Source of the DNA: Candidatus Iainarchaeum sp.
GTDB lineage: Archaea; Iainarchaeota; Iainarchaeia; JAADDC01
Direction: 5' to 3'
Assembly (NCBI GenBank): GCA_013154035.1
Contig: JAADDH010000069.1
Location: 5,500 to 69,499, forward strand
DNA length: 64,000 nt
Shown here: positions 1 through 9,114 of the stretch, in pieces
Layout: every line of letters starts with the position of its first letter
Position numbering within the stretch: position 1 is the stretch's first letter
Position numbers and translations under genes: made by a program
The notes under the pieces: model-generated
The model's database searches: none
What the model was told of the DNA's origin: nothing
What the model saw: the letters and a program-made list of their open reading frames with translations, nothing else

Positions 1-254
1 GGGTGGCGTCGGATTCTTGGGGATGTAGCCTCCTGCTCTACACCCCACGCTCTTTTTGTAAGAGCGGAGACGTCGCGAACAAGGTTGTATTTCAGCAGGC
101 CGTCTCTCGTTCGCGGAGCTTTCTTGGGAATTGTATCGGGATGGTAAGCGCTCCATAGTGATCCCGTGTTTGTGCAACGCATCTGCGATGCGCTCGAAGT
201 ATTTTCGATTCTTTGGCAGGCTGCTCATAAAAATAGATGTAAGGGAAGGGTTTT

Positions 255-1502
255 TCAACGGGTGTGCTCCCTGCCCCACTTCTCCAGGGCCTTGCGGAGT
301 TCCTCGTGATCTTTTGCATAGTCCTCTAGGCTCATGCCCTCCCGGACGGCCTCGGCAGCCTGGCGCATAGCCTTCGCACCAGCTTCCGTACCGTCAGGGT
401 GCCCGTGCACCCCACCGCCTGCCTGAATAATCACATCGTTGCCGAAGATTTCCACGATGTCTGGCACAAGACCGGGGTGCAGGCCGCCAGAGGCCACGGG
501 GAACGTGGGCTTGATGTGGTAAAACTCGTCGCGAACGGCGTGCACGTTATCCAGCACGTCTTCCTTGCCCTCCGCCATCTTGCCCACTGCCGTTCCCACG
601 TGCAGCTGGTCCACACCAAGCATACGGTATATCCTCGCTAGTGCAGCCATCTTGATGCCGTGCTTTGGGTTCTTCGTTATTGCACCATGCATGGCCCTGT
701 GCGCGTGGATAATAAACTCGAAGCCGTAGTTGCGGAAAGCCTCTACCGCGGAGAATCCGAGGACAACGACGTCGAGCATAACGTACTCGTTGCCGGCATC
801 TTCAACCATCTCCGCGCGCCGGATCATCTCATCCCACGGGGCAGTGATGTTTACCATATAGCCCTTCTTCTCGCCAGTCTCTTCCTCTGCCTTGTCCTTT
901 GCCTCCATCATCTTGTAGAGGCGGTCCTCAAACTTACAGAACTGCTGGCCCACAAGGTTCTCATCGTCCTTCACGACGTCAAGTCCGCCGCGCCAGGCGT
1001 GATATGCAACCTCCGCGAACTTGTCAGGGGGCAAACCGACCTTTGGCTTGACTATTGTCCCCAGAAGCGGGCGATCATAGACGCCAAAGAACTTTCGCAC
1101 GCCATCTATGCCGTAGAGCGGACCTTTATATGCATTGACAATTTCCTCTGGCCAGTCAACCCAGATAAGGCGCAGGTTCTTGGCCGCCTTCATGCCGAAA
1201 ATGTTTCCCGCAATGCCCGCAAGAATGCCGGGCATGTTCGCCGCTTCGAAGCCGTATGCAGGATATGCGATCTTAATAATGCCGGATTCCTTGTCCATCT
1301 CGAAGACGTGTGGCCTCAGAGTCTCGTAAATTTCGGGGAGCATCGTTTTGATATCCGTCCACGTGCCGATGGATGATTCAGCGGCCACCTTGTTTGCCGC
1401 GCTCTCAAATGTCTCCTCTGGGTGGGGTTCAAGGTAAAAGGTAGCAATAACGTCGCTCTCCTTTGGAGTGTAGCCCAGATCAATATAATCGTAGTCGGTC
1501 AT
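255..1502 (-). CDS. rbcL: Ribulose-1,5-bisphosphate carboxylase/oxygenase large subunit, archaeal form III
   Basis: The 415-aa translation has the RuBisCO large-subunit architecture. It carries GGLDVVKDDENL, a variant of the GGLDFTKDDEN motif, and KPKVGL. Its length fits archaeal type III enzymes. Confidence 0.88.
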   Translation of the reverse strand: MTDYDYIDLGYTPKESDVIATFYLEPHPEETFESAANKVAAESSIGTWTDIKTMLPEIYETLRPHVFEMDKESGIIKIAYPAYGFEAANMPGILAGIAGNIFGMKAAKNLRLIWVDWPEEIVNAYKGPLYGIDGVRKFFGVYDRPLLGTIVKPKVGLPPDKFAEVAYHAWRGGLDVVKDDENLVGQQFCKFEDRLYKMMEAKDKAEEETGEKKGYMVNITAPWDEMIRRAEMVEDAGNEYVMLDVVVLGFSAVEAFRNYGFEFIIHAHRAMHGAITKNPKHGIKMAALARIYRMLGVDQLHVGTAVGKMAEGKEDVLDNVHAVRDEFYHIKPTFPVASGGLHPGLVPDIVEIFGNDVIIQAGGGVHGHPDGTEAGAKAMRQAAEAVREGMSLEDYAKDHEELRKALEKWGREHTR

Positions 1503-1554
1503 GCTACTACAACAGAACTCTCGTTTATATTAGTTGAGGTTCGTCTTTCGTATA

Positions 1555-1772
1555 TGGAACGCGACGAAGAGAAGGAGCGAATTAGAGCGATAATTTCCGC
1601 GCTTTTGGGAAACGGGGAGGTTCAGTACATGCCTTCCAAGCAAACGGTTGAAAGCATCATTGATCAACTGATTAAGGAGGGGAAAATTCCGCCGCGGGAA
1701 AAATGGGCCGAATTAAAAGAGATGGAAGAGAAGGGATCTAGCGGTTCAGCTCCCCGCGAAGGATCTGAATAG
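1555..1772 (+). CDS. Possible small acidic protein of 72 aa between the rbcL start and the gatB stop. No recognisable domain.
   Basis: ATG-initiated sub-ORF of the 1422..1772 frame with reasonable codon usage. It overlaps the gatB 3' end on the opposite strand and could be spurious. Confidence 0.2.
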
Positions 1773-3075
1773 CCTTTTTGGGGTCCGCCTTTCCCTTCGT
1801 TTTCGCAACAATCTGGCCCACGAGGAAGTTTAGCGCTTTCTTTTCCCCGTTCCGATAGTCTGCTACAGCATCTGGGTTTGCAGCGATGATCTCCCTTGCT
1901 ATCGCCCGGATCTCATCCTCGCTGAGAAGCTCCTGCGCCTTCGGAACGAATGTAGGATCATCGAGGACTTTACGTAAATAATCCACATATACCGGCTTTG
2001 TTATCTTGCCGCTGAAGTAAAGGTCTGCAAGCGATTCTAACCGCTCAGGCTTTTGGATATCTGATAGATACTTATTTCGGTAATTCAGCTCCCCACGCAG
2101 GTTCAGGCAAAATGCAGTTGCGTTCTTGACGCCCACGCGGTCGGCAAGGGACTCAAAAAGATCGCCCAATCCCTTGTCCAGAACGAAGGTCCACGCCGCG
2201 CTTTCGTCGATTCCATACTCGCTAACAAGGCGGTCCTTCTTCTGATGGGGGAGTTCTGGCATCTGGGCGCGGAGTTGCTCCACGAGCGCAGGGTCTATGT
2301 GGTATGGCGGAATATCTGGATCGGGCATGTATCTATAGTCCTCTGCAGTCTCTTTCTCGCGCAGGCTGACCGTAACTCCGCGAACTTCGTCCCAGTGGCG
2401 TGTCTCACGGGTGATTTTTTTACCCATTGCCAGCATGCGCTTGTGCCGGGCAATCTCATACTTCAGCGCACGGACTACGCCGTGAATGCTGTTAATATTC
2501 TTTACCTCGACACGCTCGCCACCCTCAATGCTCACATTAGCGTCCACGCGGAATCCGATCTGGGGATATAGGATCACGTCCAGGTAGTCAAGAACAGCAC
2601 GCAGATGTTTCAGAAAATCTCTTGCTTCTTCCACTGACGTCATATCGGGCTCCGTGACGATCTCTATGAGCGGCACACCGGAACGGTTGTAATCCACGGT
2701 TCCATCTCGCAGTTCATAACGCCCGGGATCTTCCTCTATGTGAATTTCGCGTATCCTCACGCCAGCAAGTTCTCCATCTACCGCAAAGGGCTCGGATGTG
2801 CGCTGATAGTTGCTGGGAAGATCTGGGTAGAAGTAGTGCTTCCGCATGAAACGTATGGGCTCTGTGCGAATCTTGCAGTTCAGTGCAAGTGCAACGAGAA
2901 CTGCCTTGCGGATAACTTCTTCGTTGATGCCATTGGGTTTTGAACCTGGCTGGGCGGTGCAGACCGGGCAGACGTTTGTGTTCGGCTCGACATCGAGGAA
3001 GTTTGTGGGGCATGTGCAAAAGAGCTTTGACTTTGTTTTCAGCTGAACGTGAATTTCAAATCCTATTCTGACCAT
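1738..3075 (-). CDS. gatB: Asp-tRNA(Asn)/Glu-tRNA(Gln) amidotransferase subunit B
   Basis: The 445-aa protein has the GatB/GatE-type N-terminus MVRIGFEIHVQL..LFCTCP. It is last in a gatC-gatA-gatB operon with overlapping stop and start codons. Confidence 0.88.
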   Translation of the reverse strand: MVRIGFEIHVQLKTKSKLFCTCPTNFLDVEPNTNVCPVCTAQPGSKPNGINEEVIRKAVLVALALNCKIRTEPIRFMRKHYFYPDLPSNYQRTSEPFAVDGELAGVRIREIHIEEDPGRYELRDGTVDYNRSGVPLIEIVTEPDMTSVEEARDFLKHLRAVLDYLDVILYPQIGFRVDANVSIEGGERVEVKNINSIHGVVRALKYEIARHKRMLAMGKKITRETRHWDEVRGVTVSLREKETAEDYRYMPDPDIPPYHIDPALVEQLRAQMPELPHQKKDRLVSEYGIDESAAWTFVLDKGLGDLFESLADRVGVKNATAFCLNLRGELNYRNKYLSDIQKPERLESLADLYFSGKITKPVYVDYLRKVLDDPTFVPKAQELLSEDEIRAIAREIIAANPDAVADYRNGEKKALNFLVGQIVAKTKGKADPKKAIQILRGELNR

Positions 3076-4487
3076 TGTTTACCCTCCTTCTCGAAGAAGC
3101 GCACCGCTGAGACTAGAAGTGGATCCGAATAGCGCGGGCCCATGAGCTGCGCGCCAATTGGCAAATCCCCATACCATCCTGCAGGGAAAGAAATTGCTGG
3201 AATGCCTGCAAGGTTTGCAGGCACCGTAAGGGCGTCTGCCATATACATCTTCACGGGATCGTTTATGCGTTCCCCGAGTTTAAACGGAAGTGTGGGAACC
3301 GTTGGTGAGAGGATCATATCCACTTGCTCAAATGCTTTTTTGAACATCCTGACAATGGTCGCGCGGGCACGAAGGGCGAGACGATACCACTCGGCATTCT
3401 TTGCCATGGAAATGAACGTGCCCATGATGATTCTCCGCTTTATCTCCTTTCCGAAGCCTTCATCCCGGCTCTTCGCCACGACGTCATATAGCGTCTGTGC
3501 GTCTGTACGGTGGCCGTATTTAATTCCATCGAACTTCTGCATGGCGGATGCAAACTCGGGATACATAACTAAATAGTATGCGGGGAATGCCGTCCATATG
3601 TCGGGTAAATCCACTTCAACAACTTCGACGCCCTTTGATTCGTAGAATTTTAGCACGTGCTGGATCGTTTTTACTACTGGTGCCTCCGCACCGTCAAGCA
3701 GTTTATCGCTGAATCCGATTCGAACGGAACCGGGGTCGAACTTGTCTAGCGATCCAAGGAAACTCAACTGCACCTTTGCACTAACGCGATCTCTCGGATC
3801 ATACCCATGTATTACGTCCATTGCAAGGGCGATGCCATAGGCGTCCGAAGCCAACGGCCCCGGGACATCTAGACTCATTGCGAGGTCGGCAAGCCCATAC
3901 CTGGAAACAAGGCCATACGTGGGTTTGAGCCCAACGACACCATTAAAGCTGGCTGGGTTCCGTATGGATCCACCAGTATCTGAACCGAGGGCAAGATCCA
4001 CGATTCCTGCTGCCACCGCGGCGCCGGCTCCCGATGAAGACCCGCCAGGCACATATTCGGGGTTTCTCGCGTTGCGCGTGGGGCCAAAATAGGACGTCTC
4101 GCCGGAGGATCCGCAGGCAAATTCGTCCATATTCAGTTTCCCAAGGATCACCCCATTGTTCTCGAATATGCGTTCAACAGGCGTGGCGGTGTATGGGGGA
4201 ACGTAGTTCTCGAGCATCTTTGACGCGCAGGTCATGCGCACGCCCTTTATGGCAAAATTATCCTTGATTCCCCAAACCAGGCCGTAGAATGCCTCGCCCT
4301 TCTCCTGACGGACGAGACTGTCAATGTTTTTTGCCTGCTCGCGGGCCTGATCAAGCGTTGGCGTGATGAATGCGTTCAGTTCGGGCTCGCGCTCTTCGAA
4401 GATTGCTATTTTCTCCTCCAAATGCTCGGAGGGAAGAACCTCGCCGTTACGGATTTTCTCAAGGGTTTCCTCCAACATGGGCATCAC
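3063..4487 (-). CDS. gatA: Asp-tRNA(Asn)/Glu-tRNA(Gln) amidotransferase subunit A (amidase)
   Basis: The 474-aa protein carries the amidase signature GGSSSGAGAAVAAG. It overlaps gatC and gatB. Confidence 0.88.
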   Translation of the reverse strand: MMPMLEETLEKIRNGEVLPSEHLEEKIAIFEEREPELNAFITPTLDQAREQAKNIDSLVRQEKGEAFYGLVWGIKDNFAIKGVRMTCASKMLENYVPPYTATPVERIFENNGVILGKLNMDEFACGSSGETSYFGPTRNARNPEYVPGGSSSGAGAAVAAGIVDLALGSDTGGSIRNPASFNGVVGLKPTYGLVSRYGLADLAMSLDVPGPLASDAYGIALAMDVIHGYDPRDRVSAKVQLSFLGSLDKFDPGSVRIGFSDKLLDGAEAPVVKTIQHVLKFYESKGVEVVEVDLPDIWTAFPAYYLVMYPEFASAMQKFDGIKYGHRTDAQTLYDVVAKSRDEGFGKEIKRRIIMGTFISMAKNAEWYRLALRARATIVRMFKKAFEQVDMILSPTVPTLPFKLGERINDPVKMYMADALTVPANLAGIPAISFPAGWYGDLPIGAQLMGPRYSDPLLVSAVRFFEKEGKQWSE

Positions 4488-4765
4488 AGGTTTGGCGGAA
4501 CCTCGGCGTAGCGGCCCCGCTTTTTAGGAAACTGTGCAACGATGGCATCGGGGTCGGAAAACGGAATCGCGGCATCCTCGCGAAATTCATCCTCTGCGTC
4601 TGTAGTAGAGAGCAGTTCCTCGTCTACGAGGGGCAGTTCTCTCGCGCGCGCAAGGAGCTCCAGAATCTCATTGAACTGTGGAAGGAGTTCGTTGATCTCG
4701 TCTTCGGTGAGCGCAATGCGAGCAACCTTTGCAATATGCTCCAGATCTTCCCTCGAAATAACCAT
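4484..4765 (-). CDS. gatC: Asp-tRNA(Asn)/Glu-tRNA(Gln) amidotransferase subunit C
   Basis: A 93-aa acidic protein sits immediately upstream of gatA with an ATGA-type overlap. Size and position fit GatC. Confidence 0.75.
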   Translation of the reverse strand: MVISREDLEHIAKVARIALTEDEINELLPQFNEILELLARARELPLVDEELLSTTDAEDEFREDAAIPFSDPDAIVAQFPKKRGRYAEVPPNL

Positions 4766-4841
4766 ACCTTATAATTCCGTTGGGTTTCGTTTAAAATACC
4801 GATGATGACATCGGCAGTGTGGGGCCGGTGCCCGAAGCCCG

Positions 4842-5666
4842 CTACTGAGGACTCTGCTCATCTTCAAAGAACGCGACACCAAAAGATCCCCATCCGAAAT
4901 GCGCGCCGATTGCTGGATCTGCGGGAATGAGCTTCACGTTCTTGCCAGTACCTCGAAGGGCAGCATATATTTTGCGAGCGGGAGCACTTTCGCCAATCTC
5001 CCCCACAAGAATGTTGTTCTGCCCTCTGGTGACGTCTAGCATCGCTTTCACCGCAGCATCTATGCCTCGCACTGTGCGCCAGAGGTGCACCCTCGCATCC
5101 ACGACGTGGAAGATTGGGTGGAGATCAAGAAGTCTGCCAATCTTACCAACGATGCGGGGTATTCTTCCCGAACGCGTGGCGGACTCCATATCCGTAACGA
5201 CAAGATAGAGGCGCGCCCTTGGGAGGAGCTTCTCCAGTTCTTCATATGCACGATCAAGGGGCGCCCCTCTTTCAGCCAGATCCACTGCACGCTCTACAAA
5301 GATTCCCGCTCCCACGCTACTTGTCTCAGTATCAAAAACACGAATCGTGTATCCATTCTTGGCAAGCATTCGTGCTGCGATGCGCGCGGATTGCACTGCA
5401 CTGCTGTAGCTGGACCCAAGCGTCATAATAAGCACGGGGCTATCTGCATCTTGTGCTTCAACCGCCCGCATCCACTCTTTTACAGACGGTGCGGCGGTTC
5501 GCAGGGGAACCCCTTTCTCCAGCACGTCGCGCAGCGTCTCGTGTGTGAAGTCCCGCTTATCCAGCAAATCCACCGCGCCGGCATACACGTGCACCGGCAC
5601 CACTTCTACGCTCAAATCTGGCGGAAAATCTATTGTTGAGTCTACAATTATACGAAAGCTTACCAT
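4842..5666 (-). CDS. DegV family fatty-acid-binding protein (FakB-like)
   Basis: The 274-aa protein has a DegV-like N-terminus IIVDSTIDFP and a glycine-rich core. It overlaps the upstream Dak2 gene by 7 nt. Confidence 0.75.
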   Translation of the reverse strand: MVSFRIIVDSTIDFPPDLSVEVVPVHVYAGAVDLLDKRDFTHETLRDVLEKGVPLRTAAPSVKEWMRAVEAQDADSPVLIMTLGSSYSSAVQSARIAARMLAKNGYTIRVFDTETSSVGAGIFVERAVDLAERGAPLDRAYEELEKLLPRARLYLVVTDMESATRSGRIPRIVGKIGRLLDLHPIFHVVDARVHLWRTVRGIDAAVKAMLDVTRGQNNILVGEIGESAPARKIYAALRGTGKNVKLIPADPAIGAHFGWGSFGVAFFEDEQSPQ

Positions 5667-6541
5667 ATCTTATCAATCCTCTCTTGCACAACTTTTCCAA
5701 AGCCTTCCAATATCTTGCGGACCTTGTCCGGCCGATCCGTATGTATGTGGACTTTCATCTTGCCCCTTCCGCCCACGACGACAATGGAATCGCCATACGG
5801 CTGAATTGCACGCCTAATCTCGCCGGCAGTGGCACCATCGTCAAGATCCAGCATGAAGTTGCTGCAGTAGAGCGTCCCCACATCTTCCCGTGGTGATTCC
5901 TGTTCTGCAGCCATTCCCCGAACGCGGAAACCATCGATCTTCCCGCCAAATGCATGAATAAAGCCTTCTAGGATTAGCGTGTAGCCATAAGCACCAGAGT
6001 CAATGATCTTCGGCTTTCCAAGTTTTGCGAGCATCTCTGGGGTGCGCTCCAGTGCTGCTAGTGCATTCTGGTACACCTTATTTGCAAAACTGAGAGGATC
6101 CTTTTCGTCTCTGAGTGCTTTCGCTGCATCCGCCGCCGCGCGCATAGTCGTCAGCATGGTGCCTTCCACGGGGTTGGAAACTGCCTGGTATGCCCACTCC
6201 TTCGCCTCCACGAATGCGTCGGCAAGATCTGGCACAGTCAAGATGTGCTTGCCTTGAATTGCCTCGGAGAACCCCCAAAAGTATTGAGATATGATTGTTC
6301 CAGAGTTCCCACGGGCAGCCTCGAGCGCAGCCTCTGCGATGGCCTCCGCCATCTTGTCCGCCCGCTCCTCCTCACGATCCTGAATGATATCTGCGATGCC
6401 TTTGATTGTGTTATACATATTTGTGCCCGTGTCCGCATCTGCAACGGGGTATACGTTGATTGCATTTATGAAGTCCATCTCCTTACGCAGAAGCGCTTCA
6501 CCAGCAAATATTGCATCTTTCAGGTGTTTTCCGCTAACCAT
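5660..6541 (-). CDS. DhaL/Dak2-domain protein (FakA N-terminal-like, YloV-like)
   Basis: The 293-aa protein has the Dak2 motifs PVADADTGTNM and RGNSGTIISQ. It sits in an operon between the PlsY paralogs and DegV. Confidence 0.65.
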   Translation of the reverse strand: MVSGKHLKDAIFAGEALLRKEMDFINAINVYPVADADTGTNMYNTIKGIADIIQDREEERADKMAEAIAEAALEAARGNSGTIISQYFWGFSEAIQGKHILTVPDLADAFVEAKEWAYQAVSNPVEGTMLTTMRAAADAAKALRDEKDPLSFANKVYQNALAALERTPEMLAKLGKPKIIDSGAYGYTLILEGFIHAFGGKIDGFRVRGMAAEQESPREDVGTLYCSNFMLDLDDGATAGEIRRAIQPYGDSIVVVGGRGKMKVHIHTDRPDKVRKILEGFGKVVQERIDKIW

Positions 6542-7121
6542 GCGTCTCCCTCCAGTAGTGTTTGGGAAGGCGCCCGTTCACCAGAGCAACCATCTTCTCC
6601 CGATATCGGAGCAAGACGGGAATTTCGGCGAATAGGATTGCCACGTTGGGCTGGATTCCAAGAGCCACGAGTGCTGCAGGCACGAGAACCATGGCAACAA
6701 CTGTGGCCACGGCAAGGTAGCCAGAAAGGATGTATGCCAGTAGCCAGATTGCAATCCATGCCCCAAAAAACATGGGCTGATATATGAGCGCCAAGATGAG
6801 GAATACCGCGAGTCCCCGGCCTCCACGGAATCGCGTCCAAACTGGATAGTTATGGCCGAGTACAACGAAAAATGGGACAACTGCGAGAGAATTTGGCCAA
6901 AACATGGCGACAATCCACCACGCCGCCACGGCCTTCGCAAGATCCACAAGCAAAACAGCCAGTGCAAGAGGTAGAGAACCCGTAACGCGATATGTATTCA
7001 GAGTTCCAACGTTCTTGCTACCATGCTCCCATATTGTTTTTCCCGTGGCGAAACGAACGGCTACGTATGCTGTAGGGATACTGCCAAGAAGATATGCGAC
7101 TGCTGCGGCGAGCACGTTCAT
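6534..7121 (-). CDS. PlsY-family (acyl-phosphate:glycerol-3-phosphate acyltransferase-like, DUF205) membrane protein, paralog 1
   Basis: The 195-aa multi-TM protein has PlsY motif 3 GHNYPVWTRFRGGRGLAV and a variant motif 1 GSKNVGTLN. Confidence 0.72.
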   Translation of the reverse strand: MNVLAAAVAYLLGSIPTAYVAVRFATGKTIWEHGSKNVGTLNTYRVTGSLPLALAVLLVDLAKAVAAWWIVAMFWPNSLAVVPFFVVLGHNYPVWTRFRGGRGLAVFLILALIYQPMFFGAWIAIWLLAYILSGYLAVATVVAMVLVPAALVALGIQPNVAILFAEIPVLLRYREKMVALVNGRLPKHYWRETHG

Positions 7122-7125
7122 GAAT

Positions 7126-7755
7126 TCACCTCTGCATCCGTATGCTTCGCTTCTTGTTGCCGAATCTCTGCTCTTCCAGCTTGCCCTGCATCATGAGGAG
7201 AATGTTGTCCCAGTGCGTGTATAGAATCACCATTGTGCCAAAGACGACGTATGGAAGGATCGCCTTTGTAGACGGCATTGCGTGAAGTGGCACCGCCGCG
7301 AGAACCGAAACAATGTTAGCAAGACCTGTCATTTGTGTGAGGACGACAATGCTCACCCAAATCGTAACAAGCACGGCTATTGGGCCCCACGCATTCGTAG
7401 CAGCCGCAAGGGCGAGATATCCTCCAACGAATGCTGCAAACCCCTTCCCGCCACGGAAGCGCAGAATGGGCGTAGCCACTGCACCGATAAGGGCAAACAT
7501 TGCCGCGACGAAACCGGCAAAGATACCAGCATAGTGAACAGCAATGTATGTTGGGATAAACGTCTTTAGAATATCTAAAACGGTTACGACTATGCCGTAT
7601 TGGATCCCTATGTTCCTGGCGACATTTGCACCGCCGATGTTTCCGCTCCCGAGACGCGTAATGTCCACGCCCTTTGCGCGGCCGACGATGTAGCCCCAAG
7701 GGATGGAACCACAGACATACCCAAGGACTGCCCAAAACCAGGGACCCATACTCAC
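7126..7755 (-). CDS. plsY: PlsY-family acyltransferase, paralog 2 (most canonical)
   Basis: The 209-aa protein has canonical motif 1 GSGNIGGANV and motif 3 FRGGKGFAAF. Confidence 0.78.
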   Translation of the reverse strand: MSMGPWFWAVLGYVCGSIPWGYIVGRAKGVDITRLGSGNIGGANVARNIGIQYGIVVTVLDILKTFIPTYIAVHYAGIFAGFVAAMFALIGAVATPILRFRGGKGFAAFVGGYLALAAATNAWGPIAVLVTIWVSIVVLTQMTGLANIVSVLAAVPLHAMPSTKAILPYVVFGTMVILYTHWDNILLMMQGKLEEQRFGNKKRSIRMQR

Positions 7756-7812
7756 GCCTCCAAAAGGGAACCAAACAATAAAAAGGTTAGAGGGAATGTT
7801 CGGCGAACGCCG

Positions 7813-9081
7813 TTATGGTGTGAGGATATCCGGCGTTCTGGGATAGGGCATAGCCTCCGTAATTTTGTCAAGCTGGAGCAGCGCCAGCGTAAGGCGTTCT
7901 ACGCCCATACCGAAGCCGCCGTGGGGCGGGAACCCATACTCAAACATTTCCAGATACCACCCAAAGGCTTCAGGACGTAGCCCCTTTGCGATCATGCGCT
8001 GGCGGAGCTTCTCTGGATCGTGTTCGCGCGGACCTCCAGAAGACAGCTCCAGACCGTTTTCTCCGGGCGCCAGGAAGTCCATCTTCTCGGCATAGAACGG
8101 ATCCTCTTCGCGGAGTTTGTAGTAGAATGCGCACTCCGTTTCGGGGAACTCCGTTACGAAGAAGGGCACATCGAAGTGGCTGCAGAGCTGTCTCTCCTCC
8201 GGCGCGCCGAAGTCGTCCCCCTTCTTGATATCCACGCCGTCAGACTGAAGGAGTTCTATGGCTTCTTCGTAGGTGATCGTTTCGTACCTATTAGGAACGG
8301 GCACCTCTCCCACGCCAAGGAGCTTCAGCTCATCTGCCGCCTTGTCGTTCAGCCGCTCCGCCGCACGCCGATATATCTGGAACTGAATGTCCATGAGGTC
8401 CTTCTTTGTGACGAATGCTACCTCGGCGTCGATCTGCCAGAACTCAGTGAGGTGCTTTCTCGTCCTGCTCTTCTCCGCGCGGAAGGATGGTGCAATTGCG
8501 AACACACGACCGAATGCGGGAACCAGTGACTGCTTGTACAACTGAGCGGACTGCGCGAGGAACGCCTCTTTGTCAAAATATACGAGCGGAAAGAGTTCTG
8601 CACCGCCCTCTGTTGCCGTCGCAATGATCATTGGGTAGAAAGCGGCCTCTGTGAACCCATTCTTTCGCATAACCTCGCGGGCAGCATCTATGATCACGTC
8701 CTTTGCCTTGAAGATGGCTGCGATTCGTGGTTTCCTCAGATCAAGGTAGCGGTATTCCAAACGCGTGGGGAACTCCGCCGGCGTCTTCTCAGTGAGGTCA
8801 ATAGGGGTTGGTTTGGAGTCGGCGATGACCGTGATGCTTGTCGCGACGAACTCTCTGCCGTTGGGCGCCTTTGGCGAGTCCTTCCACTCGCCTTGGATCT
8901 CCAGAAGCGTCTCGGGGTTGTACTTTCCCGCCGCATCAAGAATCTCTTCTGGAACGTTGCCCTTCTTCACGACAACCTGATAAACTTTGTTCTCCGGGAA
9001 CTTGCGAATGAGGATGAATTTGAGCTTTCCGATATCGCGAACGTTCCAGACCCAGCCACGGATTGTTTCCATTCGTCCCAC
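7813..9081 (-). CDS. aspS: Aspartate--tRNA ligase, archaeal class IIb. It is probably non-discriminating, given that gatCAB is present.
   Basis: The 422-aa protein has class II aaRS motifs FRAE, and GFGMGVERL as motif 3. It also has an N-terminal OB anticodon-binding domain. Asn versus Asp specificity cannot be settled by eye. Confidence 0.75.
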   Translation of the reverse strand: MGRMETIRGWVWNVRDIGKLKFILIRKFPENKVYQVVVKKGNVPEEILDAAGKYNPETLLEIQGEWKDSPKAPNGREFVATSITVIADSKPTPIDLTEKTPAEFPTRLEYRYLDLRKPRIAAIFKAKDVIIDAAREVMRKNGFTEAAFYPMIIATATEGGAELFPLVYFDKEAFLAQSAQLYKQSLVPAFGRVFAIAPSFRAEKSRTRKHLTEFWQIDAEVAFVTKKDLMDIQFQIYRRAAERLNDKAADELKLLGVGEVPVPNRYETITYEEAIELLQSDGVDIKKGDDFGAPEERQLCSHFDVPFFVTEFPETECAFYYKLREEDPFYAEKMDFLAPGENGLELSSGGPREHDPEKLRQRMIAKGLRPEAFGWYLEMFEYGFPPHGGFGMGVERLTLALLQLDKITEAMPYPRTPDILTP

Positions 9082-9114
9082 CGGGTAAGAACGGAGAAGG
9101 AAGGCATAAAAACG

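Noticed and set aside
660-1376. 238-aa plus-strand ORF antisense to rbcL (also 399..641 and 431..619)
   Set aside because: Lies entirely inside the well-supported RuBisCO gene on the opposite strand. Low-complexity translation; typical GC-rich antisense open frame.
1422-1772. 116-aa ORF as given in the track
   Set aside because: Its first 27 codons overlap the rbcL start on the opposite strand and it begins with GTG. Only the ATG-initiated 72-aa sub-ORF (1555..1772) is conceivably real, and it is kept at low confidence.
8020-8529. 169-aa plus-strand ORF inside aspS, with other antisense ORFs at 7865..8228 and 8418..8939
   Set aside because: Antisense to a conserved aaRS gene. The translations are Arg/Pro-rich, typical of GC-rich antisense frames.
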